Part shown: positions 13,795-28,012 of the stretch, piece by piece
Numbering within the stretch: position 1 is the first letter of the stretch
Layout: every line of letters begins with the position of its first letter
NCBI GenBank assembly: GCA_964276515.1
Contig: OZ193909.1
Span: 18,786,001 to 18,850,000 of the forward strand
Direction of reading: 5' to 3'
Length of the DNA stretch: 64,000 bases
Origin: Gordius albopunctatus
Lineage: Eukaryota
The notes under the pieces: generated by a model
What the model was told of the DNA's origin: nothing
What the model saw: only the letters and a program-made list of their open reading frames with translations
Databases searched by the model: none
Program-made: the position numbers and the translations under genes

Positions 13795-13957
13795 CATGGG
13801 CGTAACCAGGGGGGGGGGGCAGGGCCCCAAATGAAGAAAAAAAAATTTTCGATGCAAAAACCTTTAAAAATTAAAAAAATTTAGGTTTCGCCCCCCCCCT
13901 GATTAAATTTTTGATGTCTCGCCCCCCCCCCTAATCCAAAACCTGGCTACGCCCATG
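13795..13957. mobile_element. hAT-type MITE (CATGGGCGTAGCCAG terminal family)
   Basis: TIR CATGGGCGTAACCAGG / CCTGGCTACGCCCATG with perfect 8-bp TSD ACAATATT (13787-13794, 13958-13965). Related copies at ~18265, 19800, 22005, 23805, 27190, 28090, 32416, 35279, 36062, 36430, 39487, 44273 and 58690. Confidence 0.85.
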
Positions 13958-15390
13958 ACAATATTAATTATTTACAATGCAATTTTGACATTTTTTCATA
14001 TAACATAAGTTTTTTCTTTATTAACGGCTTTTGTTACGGGTTAAAATTAATTAAATTTAATTATTTAACTGCGGCGCATGGTGGTAATAAATAAATAAAC
14101 AAAATAAAATGCTAAAGAATTACTTATTTTGTGTAGAATATTTGCCTCCCCTCCTCAAAAAATATTTGATTAAATCATATATATTCCTAATTTTTTTCTA
14201 GTTAATATTATATTTATAAATAAATAAAATAAATAATTTTTTAACTGGCGAAAATAATATAATAGTGATTTTTGGAGTAGTTAAATTTAATATAAGGAGG
14301 AATCATATGCCTATTTAAGAGCAATCTCTCTCTAAAAACACGAAGTAAAGTTTCCTCTCGCTCCAGTCTCAATGAAGGGAGTTGCGTGTTTAAAGGCAAT
14401 AAATAAAACTACCACCTAATCAAAAGGAGTGTTGGTAATATTACACTCAGATATACCATTTTACAGCGGAATACCCCTTTAGTCAAATATTATCTGTTCG
14501 ATATTCTATCATACTAATAGTCTATTTTAGTGTATAATTTATAATTCATGGAGTTTGAATGTGAATATGCTTCTTAAGCACTTAACCTCGGAAATTTCAA
14601 GAAAAATTAATAGTAAACTGGTAATTAATATTAGGTCGTAATAAAATTTTTTAATATTTAAAATGTAAATTTTATGCCTATTTCATATCCTTAGCATGCC
14701 AATTTAACGTCCTAAGGATACGATTTAAGAATAGGAAGGATATTCAGGAATAAATTTGGAGGATTTAAGGAAGGATAGGGGAATAAATTGGGAGACGGCA
14801 TGGCCGCGTAAGGGCTCACGCGCTTATTCGACAATATACCTTGACTGTTTTAACTACATATTTTATTTCGTTAAAATTAAAAAGAAAAATATAATAATAA
14901 ATGAAAAATTGAACAACTCTCGATACCGTACCTTGTGTACATAAAATCGATGATGGGTGTTCATGTTGATCAACAATCATATATGGGATGGGGGAAATAA
15001 ATAACAAACACGCATAAGCTTTGGGGGGGGGGGGAAGGGAGGTGAAGGAAAAGTAACACATACGTAAGTAAAATTAAATGTAATAGAGTTCTAGGAGTTC
15101 AGTGTTGTTGAATGCAACTTTCTTTTATCTAGAGATCGAGGCGGCGTCTATTTAATCTTTTACAATCAAAGTCTTAACACCTAAGTTAATTTTAATCAAA
15201 TTTTTTATTTATGGATCAATAAAAGGCTAGATAGTATGTCATCTTTTAGATTATTATTGGCATTTAGGATGGTACAGAAATATTAATTTAACCAAAAATA
15301 TAACATATGGTTTTTTTGATATTTTTGATTTTATAGACTTTTGACGAATAGACTTAAAACAGATGTTTGGTGGTTTATTATAAAAAGGTG

Positions 15391-18300
15391 ATGGAATTAG
15401 AATTATTAAACAGCCCTTTTGCAGGTTCTTTAGTCTGGAAATTTATCAAAATTTGTAGAAAAGGATGATATTGATATTGTTGTCTATCTCTGTGATGGAC
15501 AAGGATTTAAGATGACCATAGATCCTCTTGCAAATGCCCAAACTTTGGTTGAAATTGTTAGTGAGGAATTGCATCTAGAAATTCCCACCATTGAAAATGT
15601 TATGGCTATATGGATGGTGTCTCCTTTAATAGGTAAGTAATTAAATACTTTTTTTTGACTTGCTAAGAGATTCAACTGAAACCACTTCACATTCCATATG
15701 CTATAAGAATGAATTGGAAAAAATTATTGAAAAGGTTTACTTATGCACCAGAGAATATTATAGAGAATGGTAGAAATATATATCTTTAAATAATTTTTTA
15801 GATGACCCATTAATTTTATTTAAAAGAAATATCTATCTATCACCATATATTGAAAAGGTATATATATTAAATGCTACTTGCTTTGAATTTAGTAGGATAT
15901 AGATCAGACTGGCATATTAAAATTATTATTTGATGAAGTTCTACAGAATTTTCAGAAGCACATTTACAGGTGTGATGAAGAAACACTAATTACATTGGCT
16001 TCGTTATGTTTATTTATAAGAAACTATGGCTCAAAATTAGATTTTAATTCCAAGAATGAAAGGCAGTTTGTGTAAGATAGTATACACATTTTTTATATAA
16101 AGTTTATTTTTTTATATCTATATTTTTTTATTCATCCATAAAGGAACCAGATACCAGAATTTCAAGAGTATTTAAATTGTCCACGTTCAAAATGGATTAA
16201 CTTATTCAAAAAATCCAATGAGGCATCTATCACTGCAAAAATAATATTAGAATTTCAAAATTTATTAATGAATAAACAAATCTATAATCTGATTCAACTT
16301 TATCAAAAATTTATTAGTATTAGCCAAACAATAACATTATATGGGTATAATTATATTTATTTGTATTAATATTTGTACTTAGCTCAGCCTTTTTTGATGC
16401 TCAAATTGAAAAATGCAAGATAAAAGGTTGTCAGGATACTCTTTGCCCAGTTAAGGTTGCCCTGAACACAAATTTACTATCAGTTCTGGATGGTGTTGAC
16501 AATGTAAGTGAAATAACCTTAAATTATTTTAAAAATTTATTTTTAAATTAATCATATACAGTTTCACTCTTTTTTTATTAATATTTAAATAAATTTCTTT
16601 CACCAAAATACTTATAAATGTGGCTAAGAAATTTTCTATTTGCCTTGTGGCAATTAATCTGTGCTATTCATCACTGTTATTATAGTCGAAAAAAGAAATA
16701 ATTCAACATGATTAAGTACCCTGATCCTACAATCCCTCTATAGTTTCTATAAGGGGCACAGAGCTAATTGTTCACATTAACTCCCCCCCCCCCAGCTAAT
16801 ACCATGATTTTATGTGAATTAACATGGTTTACACAACAATTTATATTTATAATTTTTTGAAACATTCATCGATTTACATTTTAAGGTTCAGGTTTGATAA
16901 AGTTAGAAATCCAAAATAATAATTAGCTTAATCTGTAAAGGTTATAGGCTGTTAGCCAGAGTTTTGCAGGTGGTTCAATCTGGCTTGATTTAATTTAGCC
17001 AATCACTACCGTGATCTTTGAATAATAAATTAATTTTTGATTGGTTAAGGTCTCTAAATTTACCCACAAATACATATGTAAAACGATTTTAAAATCTGTA
17101 AATATTAAAAAAGGATAAAATTTATAATTTATTTTAAAACCCCCATTTTTGTATGTGTTTTGTGTATAGACGATTCTCATGACGTACCCCTACAGCGATA
17201 TATCTTGGGAATCGGCTAAGATCGAAATGCCGTATACCAATAAATCAAGCCCCGCGCTATTTATCCAAATCAGGAACGATAATGTTTCTCAACAACCCGC
17301 TTGCGAAAACAGAGTTTTTATATTGTACGCCAAACAGGTATGATAAAACCTTTCCTTTACTCCAAAACTTTTTTACGCACCTTTTAACTTTTTTTTATCG
17401 AAAAGGAAGCGTGATAAATATATATATACATATATATATAATATCAAAATATATATATCATCAACTTTTTACTCGGTAAAAATCACCACGGTTCATGTCT
17501 GGAAGAAATGAGTTTTTATTTTCTTCTCCAAGGATTTCTTACGACTAGTGCCGTAAAACCGGCTCGGTTTGTTTGATCCACTTTTGGTTTTAGTCTATTT
17601 TTCTTAGTCGCACAAAGGGATCCCTTTACCCAGCCCGTTTTACGACACTCTTTCCGGCTTGGGCTTGAGTAAAAGACTGAGTCTCGTAATGGCAATTGAG
17701 TTTGGTGACTAAAGTGATTTCGTGATGAAAATAAATTATGTTTCTGTAAGACTGGGTAGTGGGGGGGGGCGCCACAAGGCTTACCAAGGCTAGCGGGATT
17801 TTTAAAATAACTGCGAGCGAGTTTGTTTTGTAATAACGTGCGTCTTTTTATTTGATCACACAGGCGACGGCGGTTTTTGGCTTAGTGAGCAGGTATTACT
17901 AGAGTTGTAAAAACAGCTGCGTTTTGTCTGGCCGACCCTTGGTTCAACTGCGACTGTCGACTGTGGTATCTTTTACAAATTTCAACTAAGTTTAGAGGTT
18001 TAAAAAAATATCAATCCCAGCGAGTTGGGCAGGACTAGACTGAGATCCTTTGTTAGAAGTCCGCTCATAATTCTTTCAAACGAAACCAACTTAAACTGTT
18101 TGTAAAATTTCAAAATTTGTAAAAAGACTACTTTCCAAACTTTGTTGTTAGGCACCGCTTATGGATGCTATCATCAGTACCAACATTGAAACGCTAGGGT
18201 TGGACAGTGCTCAAACTGAAGATGATATGGTCGATCATGGCTCTGGTATGCTATTAATGATATACCCGCCCCCCCCCTTTAAATCCAAAAATTTATTAAA

Positions 18301-19074
18301 ATTATGGCTGAAATTTCAAAAAAAAGCTCATTTTACCCCTCACAAAATCATTATTGCCCCCACCCTCTAATCCCAATGCTGGCGACGCCCATGATGATAT
18401 ATTATATCATTTCAACAATTAAATTCAATTACTTATACTATATATTGTTGTTTTTCTTAATAATCTTCTTTATGTTTGTCATAGGAAAACATAAATTGGT
18501 TTGCACGTTTTCCCCCAAACTCAACGAATACGTGTGTTTTAACGTCGATTTCAGTGGTAAGTTGGGTTTTTATTTCAAAAAATGTTTTTAAATGTTATAG
18601 CTATCGTGCGTGTTCTTATTTGCGGTATCAAATTACCCCGAATTGCGGTATTATTATTTAGGGTTTTTAAATGTTACACATTTTTAGATACAATTTCCGT
18701 CCATCTATTTATAGGCATAAAAACTACTAAAGAAAACTTTAAGGAAGTTTTATTATTGAAATTCGGTTTAGTTTATTTATTTACAACTATGATATTCCTT
18801 GAATTACTTGCTCTAAGTTTATATAATTACAAATACGTTAATAATATTAATTAAGTATGTTACAAAATAGATTTGAAATTTAAGTATTATATATGTTGTA
18901 TCTAAATAGTATAAATTCCATAATATATTTTCGAGGGCTGTTGTTTTGTCCGCCTTTGGTTTTAGTCGAGTAAACAAAACCCAGGCGTTTTTACAACACT
19001 ATTACGGAACTATTATTTCTATTTTTGAAAAATAATTTGTTATTTTACCAGGTCAAATCATCGGGGATGAATAA
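15391..19074 (+). CDS. FRMD8: FERM domain-containing protein 8 (FRMD8/iTAP/Bili)
   Basis: Exons 15391-15424 (start exon tentative), 15459-15632, 15668-15769, 15802-15857, 15896-16071, 16144-16344, 16383-16503, 17170-17337, 18152-18245, 18485-18556, 19052-19074 (TAA); all GT-AG and phase-consistent. Motifs AIWMVSPLIEIQLKPLHIPY, WKKLLKRF, DDPLILFKRNIY, LKLLFDE, LYGSAFF, DISWE and LYAKQAPLMDAII match FRMD8. Confidence 0.92.
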
Positions 19075-20701
19075 AAGTGTAAGCTATAGAAGGTTCCTAG
19101 TGCAAATCATGAGCCAAATATACACTACTTTTTGAAATATTCTATCATGGCCTGTAATTATGAGAATTTATTTAATAAATTTTGATACATTTTATTTATA
19201 GTTATTATTTATATAATTTTATTGTAAATAAATATTAAATTACGACTTGGATTTAATATTTATTACATTGTTTATCTCTTAGGTATATATCAAATGTGAA
19301 AACTTTTTATTGGTCTGTGCCTCCTTTTAAGTGAAATACTCTTTATTACAATAAATTTTTGACAAACTTTTAATGGCTCTAGACAATTATTGAGGATACT
19401 ATTATTATTTTTAATTTTCTTAATGAAATAAATATTTTTTTAATCGATGTTTAAATATGGGACTAAGAAATAACTTCGAATATTATAATTTATTTCAAAA
19501 TGATGCATATTAAATACAATGTTTTTGTTTATACAATTCTAACTTAAAAATTCTTAAATAGTTTTAAGTTTAATTAATATGATGATGTATTTGCATCTCC
19601 CTTCCCTAATTTGTATAACAGCTTCTTGGTAAGAAATTTAAAAATACTAAAAATTTCGAGGGTTTTAAAGGAGATTAAGATAAAAATTTGTGAAAAGTTT
19701 ATTACGTATTACACATACAACAATTATATTCTAATTGTAAAGTTTGTTCTTAAACCCATGATCCGTTGACAAAGTGAGAAAAGTATAACTATCATTGACA
19801 GGCGTTGGCAGGATTGAATTCAGAGGGGGCAATAATCATTTAGGGAGGAGCAAGATGATAACTTATAGTAATTTTAGCCATGAGATTATATAAAATTTGA
19901 AGAGTTTTTGGATTTAGATTGGCTAAGTCTAGGCGATCATCTATATAAAATTTTAAAAACAATTGTAAAGTATCCAAATTATATTAAAAAAAAGCATTTT
20001 GCTAAGCCTACATAGTTTAGCTTTTTATCCTAACCACTTTTTGTGTTCTAAAAACTAAAAATTTTATATATACACACTTTTAAATATGATTAAATAATAT
20101 AAAAAGTCTTTTCCTCAACCCGCAATTTACTTAATTAAAGGAATTTTATGATTTTGAATTCAAAATATATAGAAAAATTGCGAGGCTCAAAACAGATCAT
20201 CATTTTAACAGACTGGCAAAAAGGAAATAAAAGCACCAGGCTCTGATTGAGCTAAGGCCAATGAAAAGCAATTTGGGCCTTTCTCTATATTGGCTTAAGC
20301 AGGTCTTATTAAGCACAATCTTGAAACTTAATTATAAATGTCATAGTCTTCGCACAGGCATTAAGTGTTATCTAATTGCGAGGTGAAACCATGGTTAAAC
20401 ACCTTCAGAATAATTTTATAGAAGGAATTCATGTTATTTTAGGTAGGTAGAGATTTAATATGATTTTAATGATTCCTAGAACAAAAGCCGAACAATCAGA
20501 AAGCTAGTCTACGTTGTGCTCCTTTTTTTAAATTAATTTTAAAGGATGGAAGACGGTTTTCACTAAATTAGATTATACTAATGGACTCTTTCATATTACA
20601 TTCATAGACTAGATAATAGACTGCTCATCAACCGTAGTAAATATGTGTATTATTTGTTCCGCCATTTTGAAATGTGCGCACAAGTAGGGAAAGAACAGAA
20701 T

Positions 20702-20966
20702 CTGGTGCAAAATCTAATATGTGCAAAATGTAATAATGTAATATTCGTATTTTAGAAATTGAGACCGGTTTTCACGCATATTCATACGCATGTAATATGT
20801 ACTAAAAAAGTACGTAATAAAAGGGTACACTATAATTGTTAATTGAAACAAAATAAGTTATATCAAAATGTATAATACTATTTTATAAATAAATACATAT
20901 TATCAAATAAATCACTAAATCTAACCCTTGCCTATATTAGATTTTGCACATATTACATTTTGCACA
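20702..20966. mobile_element. Small inverted-repeat element
   Basis: GTGCAAAATCTAATATGTGCAAAATGTAATA at the left end vs TATTAGATTTTGCACATATTACATTTTGCAC at the right end; no clear TSD. Confidence 0.55.
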
Positions 20967-23900
20967 GAAGTGAAAGAACATATTGTGAACTATTTAAAGA
21001 TTAAAACAACATTTTAAAATATATATAATTTACAAAATTTATAAAATAGTATAAAAATAAAAATACTATATTATTAAATAATCATTAATTAATTAGGAAG
21101 GTTTTGAACATTGAGGAAACTGCAGAAAAAATATGGAAGAAACGTATGACATGAGCAGTCTATGGTTACACCAGTAGAATGTACGCTGGAAAAATGGCGA
21201 TGTAACATATGTATGTAAATCCGGCCCGTAATGGTGTGTTTTAAAATTTTTAACACTAATATCATCATTATATTTTTAAAAAATTTTATCTTAATTTTTG
21301 ATATTTTTTGGTTAAAAACTAGGATTAACAAAGATTATATACAAGAACAATAAAATACATTGTTTTAAAAACAACATTGAGCCAGAATTCCCCGAATCTT
21401 GTTATCGTGCCCGCCCGAAAGTCAAAATTTACGAGAGATGCCCAGCCCGTGGGCCTGTCGGACAGGTTAGGGCAGCGGGCCGGGCATTTCTGATCTCTGA
21501 GATTAACAGCAGAACGCACTGAACTCCTAGTGTTAGAGGGAAGGGAAGGCGACCTTAAGTTTACGGCAATTTGTCAATGCAAAAAGATAGAAGAGATAAG
21601 TTTATTTTGAATATATATTAGAAATTAATAGAGCTAGGGTAAAAAAATTTTAATGGATTCCTCTCCCCTGTAAAATTACTGAACTAAAATTTTTCTTATT
21701 AATTTGTAAGCAAAAATCACTGTTTTTAGCAGCTTTGACAGCAAATATTTCAAAAACTTGACGTATAAGGGGAAAAATTATATTTGTGATAACCGGATAA
21801 AACTCTACCAGAATCTGCGAAAATGCTACCGGTTGATCCTATAAGTCCATTATTTGTTGAGCTAATTTTTAAAGGACTTGATTTATCATGATTTTTTAAA
21901 ATTTTAATGAAACACATAAAAAATTCGAATGGATTAAAAGGGGGGGGGGGAGCGGAAGATTTCAGCCTGTAGTTACATAAAAATGTTTCTGTGAAATACA
22001 TAACATGCCCATTGGAATTACAGGGGGGCAATAATGATTTAGGAAGGGGCAAAATGATCATTTTTTTGAAATTTTAGCCATAATTTTAATACAACAAATT
22101 TTTGGATTTAGAGGGCAGCAGCCCCCCTCTGGCTACACCGATCAACATGCCCACATATTTAACACAATATAATACAATCAGTGCAAATTTAATAATAGAG
22201 CCCAACCCAAAAATTTATGATGCTAATTTGGGTCAAGATCTTCCACATTTTAATATCTAGTTTTCTTAGGCTACATTCCAATCGATGAAACTTTATTAAA
22301 AATGGGTTAATAAAATGTGTAGATTATAAGTAAAATCAATGTTTTTTTTGAAATTTAACATTGAACCTCGACATAAAATTTATTATTTTTAGATGCATAA
22401 TCTTTTTTAATTGATTTATTTCTTATTTATAAACGATTCTTAAACATATTGTGAAAAGACCTTTGGTAAGAAATCAAAACTTAAAAGTCAAAGCTGGCTT
22501 TTTTTCAATGGTAAAAGATAAGATTTTTTTATTTGTTAGTAGAGATAAGTGGTGTCAAAAAAACTATTAGTTAAATTTGATTGAATGACGCCTATTTCTA
22601 TCTAGATCGGAAATTTCGGGTCAATAATAAAATGGAAGCTATGATTGATAAATGATCCCTTAGTGCCTTTATCCATTTATTTTGAGGTCGATTTAATGTT
22701 GTGAAATTGATAGAAATTATCATTTTAACGTTAAAAGGTTTTATTAGGCTCTTTTTATCTTCTTAAAATCAATAAAGAAATTGTTCATTATAATTTTATA
22801 ATTTTGCCCATGAAGGCGGAAAGAAGAAACGATAAGAATTTTATGGAGCAAAAGTAGCAAAAATTGTTGCCCACTTTGGAAATTAATTAATAATCCAAAC
22901 ATTTTTCGTGTTTTTCCTATTTGAAAGTTTGTTACTTTTCAATATTAAGGTTGGCTTTTATAGTAAATTTATAACTTGAAACTTTCACATTATTGTTGCT
23001 GAGCAATTTATTGGCTTACTTTAGTTTGTTCGTCCTGTATACTGTCCAACTTTTTGTTTTAATAATTGCTATGGAATACGTTTTTTTCCATTTTATTACT
23101 CCTATTTTAACCTCGGAGTTTTAAAAGCATTAAATTTTTGTTTTAGTTAAATTACTTTAGTACGAACGGAAAATTTGTGAAAAACCAGGTTTTATAAAAA
23201 TTCAGATTTTGTTCATATTTATTTACCAATTTTTTACTTTAGATTATTTACCCATTGGTTTTACCGCTCAAAATAAAGAATTTCAAAAAAAGTTGAAATT
23301 TATTTTAAAATTTAAATTTATTTACACTATTTTTTTACACTAAAACTTTAAACAATCAAATAACTAGAATTGAAAAAGGAATCCAATTTTTTATGGTACT
23401 TTTACTGTCGATAAATCGTTTATTACATAAATTATATTTATAATATTTATAGATATTTGCATATAAATTAACACTATGAAATAATAGCTATTGAAAAAAG
23501 ATTGCTTTAGATTAATCGGAAAGTTATAATAAAATTAATAGTTTGGAAAGGAATTTCGTCGATTTTTCACAAAATTTCATCTTTTTTAACCTTGGATTTA
23601 AAAATATTAATAAACATACATAACTATTTATAAGATCCCCTTAATAAATCTTATAAAATTGATTAAAATATATATGTATAAATGAGTATTTTAATTAGGC
23701 TAATTTTCACTCTTTCCTTCATATGCTTTATAGTAGCCTTCATTTTTTCATTGAAAGCAGTGAAGGCTTTTTCCAGTTTTTTAGGCAATATAAAGTAAAC
23801 CCAACGGCATAGTCAGCAATGGAATTAGAGGGGGGCAATAATGATTTATGCAGGGCAAAATGATCATTTTTTGAAATTTTAGCCATTTAATAAGTTTCAA

Positions 23901-26659
23901 CAAATTTCTGGGTTTAGAGGGGGGCAGCCGCCCCTCTCTGCCCCCCCCCCCTGTCTACGCCCAGCCAGAGTGTTGTTTGATCCTAGATGCTTTATAGAGA
24001 AATTAAAAAGCGAATGAAATCTTCGGAACCTCCTGGATGAACCGCTGCCAATAGATTATATTCTAATGCAATCTCAATCCATGGATCGATGCCAGCTCAT
24101 TAATTTTATATATTTTTGCATACAACGTACTTAAACTTTTAATTATTAAAAAAAATTAATTAAATGTGTTTTTTAATGTTATTTTAAATAAATGTTTACA
24201 AGGGAAACAACTGTGGTATTTTGGCTGCTTTTTATTAAAAAATATATAACTACAGCTAAATATTTGTTTCAAAAAATTAAAACGTGAATATATTATATAT
24301 GATATCCATTTAAAAAGGATTTTTTTAAAATTATCAACATATTATATTATACAAGTGGAATATACTGCTAAACCAAGCATGTACCTAGCTGGGAATTGAA
24401 TTAGGAGTAATTTAGGAAAGAGCGAAATTTTATTTTAAAGTCTTTAACATAATTTTGTGAAAGCCTATAAGCATCTCAATGGTTATGTCATAAGAAAATT
24501 TTAATGAATATTTTCATAAGGCTTAATTAAAGTGATCTAATTAAATTTTAATTAACGAACTATTATTAAATTTTAATAAAATATATGCTATTTATATTAT
24601 TTTGGGTATAATAAAAATAATTTTTAGGTCACCAATCGCACATTAAGGTTTAACAAATGCTATGGTTGAGGTTTGAAATCTAAGATGTTATATTTAGTTT
24701 TCGTTATAAGATATACAAAATCGTATGAGTAAATATAGATTGACTTTGAAATATTGCGAAAAGTTTAGATTATTTATAAAAAAAATACGATATATCAGGG
24801 TCAAAAAGGGGGACTTCGGCAATTGCATACTAATGATTGAGAAATTTGTTAAAACAACCTAAAAATTTTTTGCCAATTTTTGTTTTTGAAATTTATCATT
24901 GAGAAAATAAAAATAACTATTTATTATGAAATAAATCAATAAATAAATGTTATTTATTATAAATTAATTTATAGAATTATTTTTGCGCTAAGCCAAAATA
25001 AGGTTATAATACTGGTTATTTATGTGTAGTCATGGCAAAAAAATCTCCCGCCATATATAAGGAGCTGACACAATTCACTTTAAAATAATATATTCGATAG
25101 AGGTGTTTAATAAATCTTATTATAGTATGTGGTTGGGTTGTGCTATGTATACAAAACAATCAATTTAAACTATATCTTTTCATCTACAAATATATTATGC
25201 AATTTATTTTTTCAGGTTTTTACTATTATATATACTAATTTCTCTTATTTATTTATTTATCGATATTTAATGCCTTGCTCTATATGTAACTACTTTTATC
25301 AACTGGCCAATAACTAGCTAAATTGTATAAATGCTTATACTGTTTGTTATTAATTTAGCTATTTACAAGTGTATAATATTCTCATACGTTTTTTTTAATT
25401 TGAATTTGAAATACTTTTTTTAAACAAAAATACTAACAGTGTTTAGTTTGTCCGACTTTTGTCTATTTTCTAATAAGCCTAGTTATTTTCATCTATAATA
25501 TTGAACTACTATGGCTCTGGCGTCTCCAATCAAAAATATAAATATGTTTTCAATTAAAATTTATTCAGCTATTTATGACTCAATTAAAATTAATAACTAG
25601 AACATCTTTAGTAACAAGAGACAAATGGCATATAAAAAAATTCCAATAGGATTCTCTCGTTATAGCCCCTATCTATACTTTTGTAAAATTCCCCCCAAAA
25701 AATTAAATAAATATATTTTAAAATTATTTTTTTCGAAATAATGATTTAAATTTTTCTATACAACCAATATATATCCGTTTTTAGTTGCTCTGCGATTTAT
25801 GTGCTCATTTTTGGTAATTCTCCCGTCCGTTCTTTCCTGTCCAACTTAATTTTTAGTAATTGCTGTGGAAACTTATTTTACAGCTTTTTAATCACTGTGG
25901 ACTTAGGCTTCCGTAAAAAACTAATTTTTTATTTTTTTTATATTTATATATATGTGACTTCTTCTTGGTATAAATAAACTTTATAATTTCAAAAAAGTGG
26001 GGTCAATAATATTTTTAGTGTATCTATTAATTGCTTTGGCTATGCCAATGGGTCCATCTATTTTACAAATGCAAATTTTAAGCTAAATTTTAAAACTTCT
26101 ATCGATAACTATATTAGTTTTTTATGTTTAATTTAATTTATTAAGGTTTTTGTGAAGATGAATCAAATAAATAAAAAGGCAATATGTATTATAAATATTT
26201 TAAAAACATTCCTCATTGCTATTTAATCATATCCATAAAATAGTAATGCCCATTTTCTGTCATAAAAAAGATTCGCCATTATCATGGGATAGCAAAGAAA
26301 TTTGTTTCCATTTTAACAAGAATTTTTAAGGAATGGGAGCCAAAGCGGTTCTCGCAATGGGACAAAAAAGTATAGTATTTTTAAGTTTCGAGTATTTTTT
26401 TTAACTTACAGACAGTGCCTCGGCTGAAGAGAGAGGATTTTTGTTTTGATTAAACTTAGTTGTAATATATAAGAATATGAGTTTTTAGGCAAATAGTTAA
26501 AATAAATTTGTAAATAATACAGTAGTGGCATAGGCTTTTGTAGGGGCACAGGGACGTGCTGGATTCGAATCTACGAGCTAATGAAGCTAGTCACACATTC
26601 AATCAACTGAGGCATTAGACTTCAAAATGACACAGGTATTGTAAGGATATCTCAAAAAA

Positions 26660-27120
26660 TTTACAGGTGCTAAATTAAAACTTTTTCAACTACATTTTGG
26701 CCAAAGGTCATTTTTTGTATTGGTTAGCAGACAGCGGACAGTCTATAAATTCATAAGAGTCAAAAAAACGGAAAAAAAGTTTTCAACTCACATTTTGGCC
26801 AAAGGTCATTTTTTCCATTGGTCAGCAGCCAGGACACGGTAAAAGTGGATATAAATTCATAAGAGTCAAATAAACGAAAAAAATAATTTCGATTCACATT
26901 TTGACCAATGGTCATTTTTTCATCGATCAGCATCCAACGGACATCCAAAATGTCTTATTATCAATCGTAGTAACAAGAACAATCATAAGAGTCAAAAAAA
27001 CGCCGGGATTCGAACCCAAAAACTAGTTAAATTAATAATAATAATAAAAGTAAACAAGACGACACCGAAGAGCGTAACAAACAAAATGCAAAAGTGAGCC
27101 AATAAATTGCATAGCAATTA
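26660..27120 (-). mobile_element. Partial Helentron/DINE-like element
   Basis: Same TTGGCCAAAGGTCATTTTTTCCATTGGTCAGCAGCC units and terminal ATAAATTGCATAGCAATTAA as 30681-32146. Confidence 0.7.
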
Positions 27121-27705
27121 AAACTTACAACTAATTATTAACTATCATTATTTTTAATTTTAACAATAATTTAAATGAATTTCAACCAATTTTTGGATTT
27201 AGAGGGGGCAGCCACCCCTCTCTGCCCCCCCCCATCTGGTTACACTCATGGGGCGAGACGTCAAGATAGCAAATTAATCAATACCAATACCCCCCACCCC
27301 TGTTATCATCGTCATATCTTCACGATAACTACTAATAAGAAATGCGATTGATAACTTTTTTATTTTCTAATATACATGTAATCGAGGTAATTTCCCTTCA
27401 GTATAATTACAGTTATTCCAGTCATTACTTGATATAAAAAACCGAAAAATTCACTGAAAAACACGCACTTTGAAGGTAATATCGAATTACAGTGACAAAA
27501 AATAGAGATATATATATCGTAAATTATTTAAAAGTTGTTTACTCTACCTCGCCCAGACGCATGTTGACCCGTCAAAATAGTAAATAATAGGAGCTACGAC
27601 CGACATATAATATCGCAAAAGATGGGAAAAATTACGTATACCTTTATCGAAGTAAAAGAGACATTTTTATTATAATTTTTCAATCGCTTCCAGTAAAATT
27701 CTATA

Positions 27706-28012
27706 ATGGATTTCGAGAATAAAACGTCAAAATCTAGTGATTCTACAGAATTGTCATCTTCAAGTCAAGCCATGTTCTTGATCCATAGCCAATTCATATT
27801 TACACCAATTTATTGCCTACTCTTTTTGGTAGGCCTCGTCGGCAACGCGCTCGTGATTTTGGTCGTTTTCAGGGATAGGACCATGAGAAATTTCACCAAT
27901 ATATACTTGGTTAATCTAAGTACCGCCGATTTATTGATACTTCTAACCTGCATGCCCACAGCGCTGGCTGATTTGTTTTCGCAAGAAATCTGGATTTTTG
28001 GAAAAACTATGT
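27706..28012 (+). CDS. ETHR-like GPCR first coding exon A (N-terminus, TM1, TM2, ECL1)
   Basis: ATG 27706; LVGLVGNALVILVV (N1.50), MRNFTNIYLVNLSTADLLILLTCMP (D2.50), WIFGKTM, then T|GTAAGT phase-1 donor splitting the TM3 Cys codon. In frame with the acceptor at 46274 (about 696 aa product). Confidence 0.85.

Noticed and set aside
18304..18854. Hydrophobic ORFs 18304-18591 and 18582-18854
   Set aside because: Mostly AT-rich FRMD8 intron sequence; only 18485-18556 is a real exon.
26338..26352. GCCAAAGCGGTTC, resembling the start of the shared GPCR exon
   Set aside because: Lies upstream of exon A inside a dispersed repeat (related copy ~39413-39700) with no open TM3 frame.
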